Source of the DNA: Oculina patagonica
Taxonomy: Eukaryota
Assembly (NCBI RefSeq): GCF_052425735.1
Contig: NC_135762.1
Coordinates: 1,116,001-1,180,000, forward strand
Direction: 5' to 3'
DNA length: 64,000 bases
Under the pieces are notes generated by a model, which saw only the letters and a list, made by a program, of their open reading frames with translations, was not told the origin of the DNA and made no database searches. Below are positions 11,421 through 24,600 of the stretch, piece by piece. Both the position numbers and the translations under genes were made by a program. Numbering within the stretch: position 1 is the first letter of the stretch; each line of letters opens with the position of its first letter.

Positions 11421-14400
11421 GGAACCCAGGGTACATTGAACAGCGTGAGGGAATTGGAAAGCCACATTGATCACAAATCCATGCCGGCACGAGGAATCCT
11501 AACATGTACATTACACTCCGGCTTAGGAGTATCTTATTAAAGCATGATACCATTAAAGCATAAACTCCTGTACAAAAATAATTACCTGATGACATTTCTG
11601 ATGGTACTACATTAGCCTGGACACCACCCTTAAGAAAGAAATTTCAACAACAATAATTATTTGGTAAATTGACAGTTATTGACAAGGCTTCTTTTTGTAT
11701 TAGATTTCAATATAATATCCAGCATGCTCAGATTAGTATGAAAAACCAACCAACAAACAAAAAAATCCAACCATACAAAAGTGAAATTAATATGATGTTG
11801 TAAATAGGCAAGTCTAGATCTGTGACTGAATTGTTTTTCTTTTTACCTCAGCAACTGTCCAGTTAACTGTAGTGACATCTCCCAATCTCAGATCAGCATT
11901 TGAGTTCAACCTTGTCAAAGATTAAAATACCAAGGCTAAAGGATAAATAATCTATGCATAAAATATGTATTCTCTTGTAAACTGTATTAACTAAAGGTGA
12001 TCATTATCGGAGAAAAATGCCAATGAAAGTTTTTTTTTGTTGAACTGTTGGATCAGGTAATATTCCAGACTGTAATTGAGAACTATATTCTCTACCCCTC
12101 CAAAAGGAAAAAAAATATAGAAAAAAATATTGAAGCCCTTGACAAGAATTAGGTTGGAATTGTTGAACAGTACAACCTAAACAACTGATTTCTCAGACCT
12201 CTCGATAACTTGAATTAAAAGTATTATTTCCCTTGGATTTTGTTCACCCAGTCAAACACTGAAATTTTAACCTCTGATTTGTTGACCAATTTGCGTTTTC
12301 TATGGAAGTTTGGGAAAACAATGGGGTTTCTCTGTCTGTACTTGCACATGATCGATAGTCCTACCTCTTCTTTTGTTCATCCCTGAAAGCTGTAAATGAC
12401 TGAACAACTTTACACTGTAAAAGGAAACTTAAGTTAGTATAAAAGTCATGTATTTCATCTTTCTTTTAATTTTGAGTTGTTCTTTTTGATGTTTAAGTTG
12501 AAGGAAGCAGACACTGAATGTGAGAATGCAGGCCTTCCATGAAACACAGCCACAACAAGGTCAATTAGTTAGAAAAAGAAGAAAATGTTATTAGAAATGT
12601 ACTCACCATCTTTTCAGCAGCTGTACTCTCAATAAACCTGGAGCCATGACCAGGTTGGCCTTTGCAAGTAACCTTCACCCCTAAAAAAAAACAACCGATC
12701 ATGAGTCAGTTTCACAGGCTATGAGCTCTATTACACCAGGGCTGCAAATAACAGTCAGTCATCGGACATTGGTAGACCAAAATTTGTTCATGTCCCACGA
12801 AATCCCAAGTGTGGTTGGACATGACGTCCGGACAATTATTACTATTCTCTCGACCATTTTTCTTAGCAGTTTCTGTGTTACAACAACAAGCTCTTAAACA
12901 ACAAGCTCTTAAACAACAAGCTCTTATTATAGTCGAGAAAGTAGAGCTCGACCAGTGTCTCCACCGCCATATTGCAATCAAAAATCGCGACACATTTGCG
13001 GACAATGTTTTGATTATGAATCATTTTACGGCAACAATGAATAAAAATATGTCTGACTACAATTTTGTCTTGTCTGACCAAGATTGTGTCTTAGTACGAC
13101 ATATGTCCGTTCAAGTGAAAAAAATTATTTGCAGCCCTGTTACACTGTATGTAGAGGGGGAACAGGGGCATCTGAAACTGATGCCTCCCATGACTTTTAC
13201 TCCCACCTCTAGCCTCTTTCTGTAGCCATTCCCTCCTCTTTATCTCATATATATTGCGAGACTATAACAAAATACATGCATTCATAATACCCTGTTAAGT
13301 GCATGGCTTGATCGACTCAATGAAGAAGATTGTTTGAGTTCCAGAATGCTCAAGGCACTGACTAGAGGAAAAAGGTCATTAAAAATGCAAGAAAATATTG
13401 CTGTTTAAAGATAACTACTTACACCACACAGATCTCTCTCCATAAAATATTGTGAATGAATCTGTTGGGTTTGCAAGTCCTGGTGTAAAAGTTAATCAAT
13501 GAAGACACAAATCATTATCACTGTATCTTACAAGATTAGAAAATATTTACATACATGTACTGTTACAAAAAAATTGTTTGTAAATGCGATAATTATAAAA
13601 TTTTTAATAATTATACTTTTTGAGGGATGTAAACAATAGGTGGAAGGTGAAAAAAAAGCCACCTGAGGACTTGATTCTTCTGGCTTAAGTAAAGACTGTG
13701 TCTGGCTAGATCTTTCTTTTAATGAGACCCAAATTTTCACCTATTGGTGAAGGGGTGACAAAAAATTATAAGAAATTGGGGCCACACCTGGACCCCTCTT
13801 GGAAGACTAGCCCAGGACACAAGCGATGGAGAGCAGAAGTCATCAATGGCCTAGGCTCAATCCATAGATGGGCCTGACCGAGTGATGTAATTTACTTAAT
13901 TTATCCTCAAGCAAATGGGGCTTTTTTTGATCTCTAGCTTAAATGGCTATTGTATTGAGTTCACAAATTTGCATTATCTTTAATTTTTGTAGATTAACTT
14001 TTTTTGCACAGCTTCATTGTAAATAGGTCAGTACCCCACTTTATAAATTCTGTGCTTCTTACGAGTATATATTTTAAAGCTAAGATGTACAAGTCGTAAA
14101 AATGAATGAAAAAGTACAATTAGGTATACTAAAAACTAAATTAATTAAATATTTATTCTATAAAAATTAGAAAAAAAAAATACTGCATACCTTCATCCAA
14201 AGCAAAACCAAGGTTGAATGACTTAAAATCATCTGATTTCAGAAATTCTCTCATTCCATCTCCACCAATTTCTTCATCTATGTTATGAAAAACACAAAAA
14301 GGTCAACAAGAGAAAGTAATTCAAGATGCAGCCTTAAGTAGTTAAGGTTGCAGAAAACAATACATATTAAAGCAACATTTTGATACATGTGGCATATATT

Positions 14401-17400
14401 ATTATCAGCCAATGCCGGTGTCAAAGTTCCATACAAAATCTCATATTTTGCCACTGAGTATTCCTGTGACATTAGCCTGTTAAATTAGCAAGGTTACTTC
14501 CTGACAGCCCCCCCCCTCCCCTGCCCCATCTCCCAGACAGAGTAAGGATGTAAAAGAAACCCGTTTTTTCTGCTTGCCCTTTGGACCAGTTGGAACTATT
14601 CTGTGCTAGCCTTTAGGCCTTTCTCTGCCAGTATCCGTACTTCATCTGCCAAGTCCAAAAATATTACTTGCCTGATGGGCAAGTGATGACTAGCCAGACA
14701 GAAACTGAGCTATCAGACAGGATTTTCTTTGCACACCGCAGACAAGGGTTAAAATCCTACTTGCTACTTCAGTGTCCAGTAGCTGTCTCATAATATAAGA
14801 CAGACATAGACTGAGTGGAGTGCCCTGAAAGTTTTTAGAGAAAAACCAGTGCAGCACTAAAACATGCAGATACCTGGAACAAAAGTCATGTGAATTGTTC
14901 TGAGAAGGGTCACTCCCTGTGACCGCAGCTTTCTTATAGCCTCAATGTACCTAAAGGACAGTGCAAATAATGACAAAAAGAAACAACATTAGTTCCTGCA
15001 TGAGTACTATTGTATAGCAGAAGTATGTACATAATTAATATAAATTGAGAAGAAAATATATTAAATTATTCAAATATAGTATTCAAATATATTAAATGTA
15101 GCTGACATCCCAAGCTCAAACCCCTTTGTCGGATGTCACTGAGCCATGCACTAGTCGGTAAGTCTGAGTTTAGGCTAAAATAATTTTCTCACCAGCCATT
15201 TTCTAACCTGCAATCAGACTTATTATTTACAATTTTCTAGACATTATCTGATGGCCTCAAAAATATTGCTTTAATTTATTTAATAACAACCCTCCAAGTT
15301 TATTTTTTTCCTTAGTGGCCATTTGGCCACCAACTGTTCAAGTTTGGTTGCCAGTGAAAAATTTTAGTCACTAAATTAGGCTCACGCTATCAATCCTTTT
15401 TTTCAATTTTAGTCACCAGGCTGGCAACTTCAGTTCCAATTAAGTCACCAGTTCCAAAATTTTAGTCGCCATGGCGACTAAAATAGTCTTAACTTGGAGG
15501 GTTGAATAATTAAAGCTAAGAAAGGAAATTAAATACTTACTGTATACCGACACATTTCATATCCTGACAAAAAGGAAGGAAGAAACCAGGTTAAAAAGAT
15601 TATTACGTTTATTTATAGTAACACAGCAGCTCTGAAAGCCAAAAAATGTCCAAAGTATTGAATGATGATTGTTTGAAAAAATAGCAGGCTTGTTATGCAG
15701 GCCAATAATTTAATACCGTAAAATTCGGGTTACATAACCCCCCGCCTATAAGCCCCCCGGTTATAGGCCCATCTACCTGGAAACAAAAAAAAAATCTGAT
15801 TATAAGCCCTCCCAGATATAAGCCCCCCTCTGCCGGATGACAGTACTGAACAGGGCTAAATGTTGCTTTATTATGCGTTTTTAACTTAAAAACGTATTTT
15901 GATCAACACTCCCATGGCCCATTTCAGAATGTTTTTTTTATTCAGCTTATAAGCCCTCGCAGATATAAGCCCCTCCACTTATAAACCCACCCCAAAACCC
16001 TTATGAAGTTGTATAAGTCCAGGGCTAATAACCGGAATTTTACGGTATTCTTCATACTGGTAGGAAAATTATTTTGTGCTTGTATTCAAGCAGCATGTTG
16101 CAAAAAAATTTTTTAGAACCAATCTATATTTATGCTGGTTCTCCAAAAATAATAATAAAAAATGAGAAACTAATGCCAGGGAAAATATAAGCAAACAATT
16201 TCTTACTTGACTTCCACGGGCATAAATATCACCATTTTCTGTTTTGTGGGCAGAAAAAGGTTCATATGTCCAATGTTCCTATAATAATAATAATAATTTA
16301 AAACAAAAAAATTAACTAAAATGAGTCACATCATGATTCCAAGATTGGAAAAATTTAAATATACTAAGAGAATTGTCCAATGGCACTCATTAAAAAAATA
16401 TATAGAATTAAATTCTTAATCACTAGTAAAATCTAAAAATTAATGGCAGTTATTAACTTACTGAACCTGAGGTTTAAAGCACCTGTTGCCAGCTGTCTCC
16501 TATTTCCTAGCTTCTGGAAAAGGGAAAAGATCCTTTTTCCTGCCACAGATTGAAATAGGAAATGACTGCATGCAGGCTAAGCAGCTGGAAAGTGGCACTC
16601 GTGCGAGGGCCTGTTCTCCAGCACAATTTGCAGGGGGTTTGAACCCTGGTGTTTAATTTTAATATCAAAAGGTTTAATAATTATAATTTTATTCTCAACT
16701 AGAAAATAATAGAAAAACCTAATCTTTATGAATATATGTTTTATTTTACTTTGTGTGATAAAATACATGCATGCAAACTTGAAACTTACTGGAAAGACAG
16801 GAACTACATCTATGTGACTGTTTAACATAATGGACGGCAAACTAGGATCTCTTCCTTGCCATGTTATGACAACTGCTACAGTTTTACCAGCATCTCCCTG
16901 GTGTCAATGAAATTCAAAGTTGAAAATAAACAATTTGTTTATTTCAAAATAACACACAGGTAAGTGATTATAATCAGCTTAACCTTCCATGAGCAGACAG
17001 CCTTGGGATCAAGAGAAAAGTTATGACAATGAGGACATAACAAAATTGAATGTAGTTTCACTTTAATCAGCTAGCACAAGGGATTTGTTAACTATATTCA
17101 TTTAAGTGTGTTGTTCTTTGTGGAGGGGGATAGGGGGCAGGAGCCCAGGAGAAAAGGGGCAGGAGACAGGAGAATAGAGAGCGGGAAGTGTGATTTCTTA
17201 CTAAAGGTGGTGGAAACCGGGAGAAAACACATAAAATTTTGGAACATTTTATCATATTTTGCAATAGATATGGGACAAAGGTATGAGAGGCAGGAGGTGT
17301 CCCCCTGTCCCCCCTTCTTTGGAACTCTGGGTCAGGTTGTGGTTATGTGATGCTGCCGTTGTACATGTAAGCATCAAGAAACTGAAAATTAACTCATGAA

Positions 17401-17567
17401 AATTCTGCCTTTTTGGTATGCTTCCTATCTGACCATGTTACAACCTCTGCCTTACCCCTTGGACCCTTCCTATTAAACTCCTACAGCTATCTAATGCACC
17501 TATCAATGGTTTGCCCCAGGATGGGGGGGGGAGCTGGCAACCCCAGGGGAATTTGACATTGTTTGGA

Positions 17568-17600
<33 letters not shown>

Positions 17601-20445
17601 AGTGTATGTCAAATTTCACATATCTCCTCTTAAATTTCTAACCCTGCAGACCATTTTAGACGTCAAAATCCCTACCGTTGAAGAGCTTCACGATGTCAAA
17701 TTTTCGGTGGGTTGGCCACCCCCCCCCCCCAATCCTGGGCCAGAGCATTGATAGGTGCATAACCTATACCTGCCAACTCTCACGCCTTAGGCGTGAGTCT
17801 CACGCCTGCGAGTTGAAAACTTCGATCTCACGCCAACTCACGCTTACGAGCCAATTTCTCACGCCTAGTTGAAAAATGTGAGTTATTACAACCATAAATA
17901 GAACACTTTCCAAATATGTGAACTCAAACCAATGTGAGAAACGAAAACCCCATGTAAACTGAGTTAATGAAGATATTTTCCCCGAAATCTCAGAGTTTTG
18001 ACAAGAAAAGCATTGTGTGGTTCCAGAAAATATCCATACCCCCACCACGGAGGGTATTTCACGTAAGACCCCCCACCTCTCTGGAATTTCCGTTTTTGTT
18101 AAGAAAAATAAACCCCCCCCACCCCTCCGGAATTTCCAAAAGTATATTGCGTACCCCCCAGCCCCTCTGGAAAAAAAGATAAATTGTACAATGCTCTAAA
18201 TTTTAGGCCACCTCTCTTGTAAACAGTTACAGTGTATAACTGATCGATCGGAAGATATGTTAGAACGATACATACGTTACATGTACTGCTGAAGACAAAA
18301 TAAGAAATTTCCTCAAAAGTAAACAAACAAAATATCTGGTAGTCACTTGTCAAATTACCTTGTTGTATAACCATCCATCCCTTTTCATTCCAATCGCTTT
18401 AGAAAACCGCTATTAAAATGTATCAGAACACAGATTTGAAGTGTTGATATAAACCATAAACATTCACCGTAAACGTGATCGCAAAATCGCTAATGCTCGC
18501 TGAGAAAGCAAAATTTAACAGGAAAATTACAAACAAATAGCCAGAAATAACAAAACCATGTTAATCTCGAGTTTCTGACATCATTACACTATTTTCATCG
18601 CTAATAAACATGAAACTTTTCACAAACAAGGACGATTTTCCTTCGATCGAACGTGAAACAAGCAACCCTTGACACCAGGGTAGCCGGTCATAACGCCCCC
18701 AAGATAAAACGCCCCTGAGACATAACGCCCCCTTTAAGACATGACGCCCCCTATTGCGATTTATATATTCAGAGAAAGATCAGAGAAGAGAAGGATCCGA
18801 GGATGTAATAAAATCAATAAATGATATGAACTACTTTAGTTTATTGGCCTGTTTGCGTTGCAATTCATCCGTTAATGGCAATTGTGATTCTTCTGTTTTT
18901 TTTTACTCGATCGGTGTCGCTCGATCCATGTGAGCAACGAGTAGTAAGATGAATAACTATGTAAAGATACTTACCTTAATTTTTACGGTGCGATTCCATT
19001 GTTTAACTAGGTTACACTTAGTTCACTTAGTTTCTCACTCGGTTTTACAAGTACATGTACGAGGCAAGGATAAAAGCTAAGGTAATGAAAAGAGAAGAAA
19101 AAAAAGGAAAGAACAAGAACCTTGGATCGGTCGAACCCGCTCACTATAATCTCGTTTTTTTACGATCGAAAACTGAAAAATTACGTTCCTGCTATCGTTA
19201 TCATAAAATTACAAATAAAATTTGCTTTCTTACAATGGGGACATCATGTTTTATATGGGGCGTTATGTCTTAAGATAAGGGGGCGTTATGTCTTATAGGG
19301 GGCGTTATGTCTCGGGGGCGTTTTACCTTCGGGGCGTTATGACCGCAATTCGACACCAGTGCCTTTCGGTCAAACCACGTGACAAGTTTCGGGGGACTGG
19401 TAACAAGTAATGGCGGACGAACGAACATGGAGGATTTCAGTGAAATTATTTGCTTTCAGTGTGCTTTCAGGAGAAAGAAAACCCGTTTTAAATGTAAAGC
19501 GATTGTGAATCAAGAACCCAGAGTGCTATTTTTGCTATGTAAAACACTTGTAGAGTAGGTAAGAAACAATTTTTGAAACTAGTTTGCACTGCATCAAACT
19601 TGACCGTCTGGAAACATAATTCCACTGGCAACCCCCCCTCCTCTTCGGAATTTCCTGTGCCCTTGACCCCCCCACCCCTCTGGAATTTCCAATTTCCTCC
19701 GTGGTGGGGGTATGGATATTTTCTGGAACCACACATTGAGAATGTGGTCGTGTTTAGCAAACACGTTCTGGGACTGTGTTCGGGATATGTTCGGAACGTC
19801 TTCGGAATACTTCGGACATCTTCGGGAATGGTCGTGTCATCTCCGGAAATCCTAGCACTCTCAGGATAAAAATCTCACGCCTTTGACCCAGAAAAAGTTG
19901 GCAGGTATACATAACCCCCTTTTCTTCTGGGCCTCCATGCTTTATGGCCACCTCTAGCAATCTTCCACTGGTACTTGACAGGGTTTTCATGAATCTCACT
20001 GATTCTAATTCTGTGCACGTGTGCCTGGGAATTATCTCACTAACTGAGGGGGGAGGGACAGGATGGTAAATCTCCCTCCTCCCTACTTTTTGAGCCGATT
20101 TCTCCCTCCTCCCTATCCTGTTCCGCCCCCCTCCTAACTGTTTGCTGTTTAAATGTAAAATGTTAACTACAGTTCTACTTACTAACCTTAATACATTTAA
20201 ATGGAAGGTCGAGTTCTTTTGCAATCCTTTCAAGGAAAATGATAGCACTTTCTGAAATGGGAAATATAAGAATTTAATAAAATGTTATTTATTACACCCC
20301 GAAGGAAGACAACTCGCAGGTCTGTAGTTTAGACCAAGCTACACTTACCATAGTCCGGATTTGGCTGAACAGTTTTTATCCTCAAGTACTCTCTAAAAAC
20401 TGTAACGGAGGGGTCTTCTTCCACTTTCGCCCGCTTGGCCGCCAT
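8526..20445 (-). CDS. ACY1: Aminoacylase-1 (M20 metallo-amidohydrolase), 405 aa, 17 coding exons
   Basis: Exons 20445-20349, 20251-20187, 16897-16790, 16278-16207, 15563-15541, 14950-14874, 14277-14191, 13479-13423, 12680-12607, 12414-12365, 11910-11847, 11628-11586, 11095-11058, 10751-10683, 10095-10016, 9575-9515 and 8678-8526 sum to 1218 nt, all GT-AG and in frame. Motifs [64 protein letters not shown] on the - strand at 8401-8406. Confidence 0.97.
10795..10960 (-). mobile_element. tRNA-derived SINE fragment
   Basis: Reverse copy of the core CCTCCCTCCACCC...TATAAATGGGTACC shared with SINE copies at ~26355, 42132 and 60336. Confidence 0.6.
12737..13138. mobile_element. hAT-like MITE with an internal 15-bp tandem repeat
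   Basis: TIR CAGGGCTGCAAATAA / TTATTTGCAGCCCTG, flanking TTACAC on both sides, (ACAACAAGCTCTTAA)x3 inside. Confidence 0.7.
15714..16047. mobile_element. Tc1/mariner-type MITE
   Basis: Termini TACCGTAAAATTC / GAATTTTACGGTA, TA-flanked, with internal TATAAGCCC repeats. Confidence 0.75.
17765..19909. mobile_element. Three nested non-autonomous DNA transposons in ACY1 intron 2
   Basis: Outer TIR TATACCTGCCAAC / GTTGGCAGGTATA flanked by CATAACC; a related shorter copy lies at 62629-63032. Middle element 18014-19735 with TIR TGTGTGGTTCCAGAAAATATCCATACCCC. Inner element 18679-19351 with CATAACGCCCC repeats and 8-bp TSD GACACCAG. Confidence 0.85.
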
Positions 20446-20832
20446 CTTTGCAAAAAGTGACTCCCCTCCCCTCCCTACTGCCTCTGACCCCTGGCAGGCA
20501 AGTATTCACAAGCGATTTACAAGGGGGATACCCTTAAGAATACCGAACGGAAATATTAACCAAACGAATGGTTTTCCCTGTGACTTGCATCATAAAATTT
20601 CTAGTGATTTTTTTTATCGATATTATAATAATTAACAGACCTTTAAAATTTACAGACTATTTTTTCTACTAAAGATTATTGATTCCACCCCACCCTGGTT
20701 GGGTTCCATTTTATTTTCGCGCGCCATGCGCATTGCGCCTTATTGTGGAAGTGGGTTTCTTTCTTTTAATTGTTTTTATTTCAGTTTCATCTCTAATAAG
20801 CAGCCTTTCTTTGGAAGTACGTTATAGGACAG
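20438..20832. promoter_or_regulatory. Bidirectional promoter shared by ACY1 and the HDAC gene, including the likely non-coding HDAC exon 1 (donor after 20832)
   Basis: ACY1 ATG at 20445 sits in a YY1-type AAGATGGCGGC. E2F-like TTTTCGCGC, NRF1-like GCGCCATGCGCA and ETS GGAAGTG lie at 20714-20753. Donor CAG|GTGAGA at 20832/20833. Confidence 0.65.
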
Positions 20833-21610
20833 GTGAGATTTTATATCAGTTTTGGTTTTCTTATCGCAGTTATTGTAATCATTTACAGAAACGCAAGAAA
20901 ATTCGTTTCCGCTCATACTTCAGTGACCTCCGATCTGACCTGATCAAGTGAGCTGGAAATGCGGAGATTTTTCTACGAAAACATCGTAACAAACAGGGGA
21001 ATCTCTGTTTTGAACTGAAGATCCGTTAAAAACACTAAATATTTCAAGTAATCGAGGAAAATCAGATGCTTTGCTAGTTTGCCATGAAAAGCCTAGTTCA
21101 GTCACACCAGTGACATAACGGCAAGGTCACGCAAACTCAAAAAAACACCTCACGTTGATGTTTTATGTCCCCAGTGACCCAGTGCGAACAACACAACATA
21201 AGAACATAGCAGGAACGTTAAAACATAACCATAATGAAATAAGGGAAAAACTGATCTTTTTTTATGTCATGTCGCTAGTGTAAACCAGGGTAAATAAGCT
21301 TACTAGTTACATTCAGAGATGGCGGAGAGTTTTGAAACGTGGGGGGACTAAGACTGTCCCAAAAATACTTGGCAGGTTTTCATATTTGTAGCAACTTTTT
21401 ATTTTCTGACCGAAGATTTCTGAAGATTCTGTGATTGTTGTTCAAAGCCATACAAATGTTTCCGATCATTTTTTTAACTTTTCCGAAGATAAACAAAGTT
21501 TACCGAAGACTTCCAAGTAATTTTCTATAGCCCCCCCCCCTGCCCCACCGCCTATGACATTGTACTGCTGGTACATTCATATTTCTCCTCTACTTGTAAC
21601 TTACAGAATA

Positions 21611-24600
21611 ATGTCATCTGGGGATGAAGAAAATACTAATAGCTTGCAAAACTTGGTAAGTTTTTACATTATTTTGCAATACTGTTGTTACATGGCAGGG
21701 GTATTTTGCAGAATCCTGAACGCAGAATGCAGAATGATGCTCTAACTAGCAAATTAAAGCTAACCACAACCAATTAAAGCCAACCACAAGCAAACCAGGG
21801 TGAAGCTAACTGCAAGCAAACCGGGTTGAAGCTAACTGCAAGCAAACCGAAATGAAAGCTAACTGCGAGCAAACCAAAGTGAAAGCTAACCACCATCAAA
21901 CTGCCCGCTGACCATTATTCTGCGTTCTGTATTCTGCATTCTGCAAAATACCCCTGCTGGTCGTAACATTGTACTGTAAATAAAGGGGATCACCATTATC
22001 CTATGACTTGTTTGGAGCTCATTTTTCGGCAGACCCTTGAAGTTTTCACTACTGGTATATTGACAAGGGGATTGCTGGTGTTGAGACAGTTAAAAATTTA
22101 ATTATTTATTGCTGGTCATGTTGTTCTTATTCATTAAACTTTTAATTATTCCATCGTGCTGTTTTTTTAGCTGAGTCATCCCAACTGATTACCTGCATAC
22201 ATGTATTCAGTCGTAGTGTACCATTGGCGGATCTAGGGGAGGGGCCAGGGGGGTCTGGGCCCCACCTTATTTTTAGGGAAAACCAAAGCCAACAGTGCCG
22301 AGAAAAAAATATTAATTTCCAGAGCGGGCCCCACTCTTATTCCAGGTTCTGGATAATCGGGCCCCCACTTACCTGAAGGTCCGAATCCACCACTGTGTAC
22401 TGTTATGTACTTGTATATGCTTGCAAACCTAACACATTCTCTTAATTATTACTAGAACGTCAATGAATCCACAGACAAGTCAAAAAGGTAACATGTTGTT
22501 AAAATGTATTTAATAATGTTGTTATTCCTTACAGAACAATACAACTGTGAGGTGTTGTTAGTTTAATGTGTGAGCTACCAATCAAAACAAACAATGGCTC
22601 AAATTGGCATTAATAGCCGATTCCCTCTATAGCGCGCGCCTGCAGGGAATTACGGTAGTTGTATTCATCAAATCTTGCGCAAGACTCAGCAACGTGCATT
22701 GTTGTGAGTTGCTGAGATTTGATGAATACAACTTCCGTGATTCCCTGCAGGTGCGCGCTATAGAGGGAATCGGGTATTGGCTGGGGCACACTGCCCTGTA
22801 TTAGTTTAGCCTGTGCGACTTCTAGTGACTGCATGACAAAAGAACCCCCTTGTCTGTCCAGCACTGTAAGCTGATATTATGAATTGGACAAGAGTTTTGG
22901 TTAGCAGGTGATATTTAAAGGCAATGCAACCAATAAGCTTGGTGGAAGTTTTTGTGCAGACTTAACATACTGCACCAGACAGGAGTGACCCTAGTTTGCT
23001 AATAAAAATAATAGCATAAAACAAATCCAATCGTCTCTTCTATGCCAAAACCAAAGCAAAACTTAAATTAAAAAAAATTATAATTTCTTATTGTTATTTT
23101 TTGTTGTTACTTTTAGAACAGGAATTGTCTTTGATGAAAGGATGAAAAAACATTTCAATGTGTGGGACGTGTAAGTTGTTTGTAGATGCCTTCATGCATT
23201 ATGTATTTAGTGCTGCACATGTAATTTAACTTATAATCCACTTCATTCAAGAAAAGAAATTTATTCCATGAAATATACTTGTCACAAAGTCTCTTTTTCA
23301 CTAGAGACCTCAATGTCATCGGTATTACAGCATTTTAATTTGGTTCCTCAACAAACTACAGACTTTGCAGAATAATTATTTCCAAACCTCACATGCATTG
23401 TATAAAAAGTAATGGAAATACAAAAGTTGAAAGTTATTAGAAAACTAATCTTGATGCTATCCTTGATGCAAATTTTGATTTTTAGAACTCATCCCGAGGT
23501 CCCAGACAGAATTCAGCGGCCCTATGACAAACATAAGGAGTACGGCCTGCTAGAAAGGTGCCAGGCACTCCCAGTAAGCTAAGTCAAGAGCAAATTATTG
23601 TGTTCTACTCGACATATTTCTTTGCATGTTGGCTGACAGAAAATATAGTTTTGTTTCATTGGCAGTGGATGACAGGAAACTAGAGCCCCATTTAAAATGT
23701 AACTGCCATCTCACAAATAAATAATAATTAAGATTTAGGTATAAAAATTAGTAAAATTATAATTTTATTTTATGTGTGATGACACATAAAAATTATGAAA
23801 TGGCATTTCATAATTTTCTACTGTGATTTTGTATGAATGGATGTGAGCATTCACATTTTTTTTAGAAATTGACTGTCACATTTTTTTTGGAATTTGACTG
23901 TTTAGATAAAAATTGATAAATCTGTTGTGTTTTTTAGTCGCGGTTTGCTACAGATGAAGAGCTTCTCTGTCAACATAGGTATGTTTTTTAAAGACAGGCT
24001 TTTAATCAATGAAAGTTAGGGGGTGGCATAATTATTATCATGGTACCTTCAAGATTGTGAGACTGAGAGAGAGAAATTATATCTTTTCTGTGGGTCTGCT
24101 GAAAGTTTCTTAACCATGCAAAAATATTGAGTCTATGAGACCATGGATCACAAAAAAATTATGAGATGGCGAGATTCATAAAATTTAATTTATTAAGTTC
24201 TGTGAGCAGGGTGCAAAGCAATTCAATTTTCCAGCTTGTCCTTCGGGCAAGCTTTAACCAGGATGTACTAGCCCAAAGTCATTTTAACTAGCCCAAAAAA
24301 AAATCCTTATAAGCATGATTAATTTCCTTTAAAAATTTCCCTGAAAACTTTCACTTCCCCAATGGGCAAGAGAAGGATAAAATCCACTAGCCGGCCGCAC
24401 GGCCGCAAATTCCACTAGCCCCAGGCTATTGGACATGCAATTCTTTGCACGCTGACCAGTAAGACAATTTTTTGAAGGATTATTTGCCACTCCTTATATA
24501 GAATTGTTGACAAAAACATACTAGACCATTACCTTGAACCATGATTTTAATTGAAAAAATTACTTACTTATTGTTTAACTACTATGATTTAACCCTATTG

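Noticed and set aside
12809-13225. 138-aa ORF with QQALK repeats
   Set aside because: It lies within a MITE in an ACY1 intron, and the repeat is a 15-bp DNA tandem.
18359-18409. Possible in-frame 51-nt cassette exon in ACY1 intron 2
   Set aside because: It has AG/GT ends, but it lies inside a transposon, has a weak pyrimidine tract, and ACY1 is complete without it.
18967-18985. ATACTTACCT resembling the U1 snRNA 5' end
   Set aside because: The downstream sequence does not match U1. It is only a reverse-strand donor-like motif.
19754-20248. 164-aa minus-strand ORF
   Set aside because: It overlaps ACY1 exon 2 in a different frame and reads into intronic repeats.
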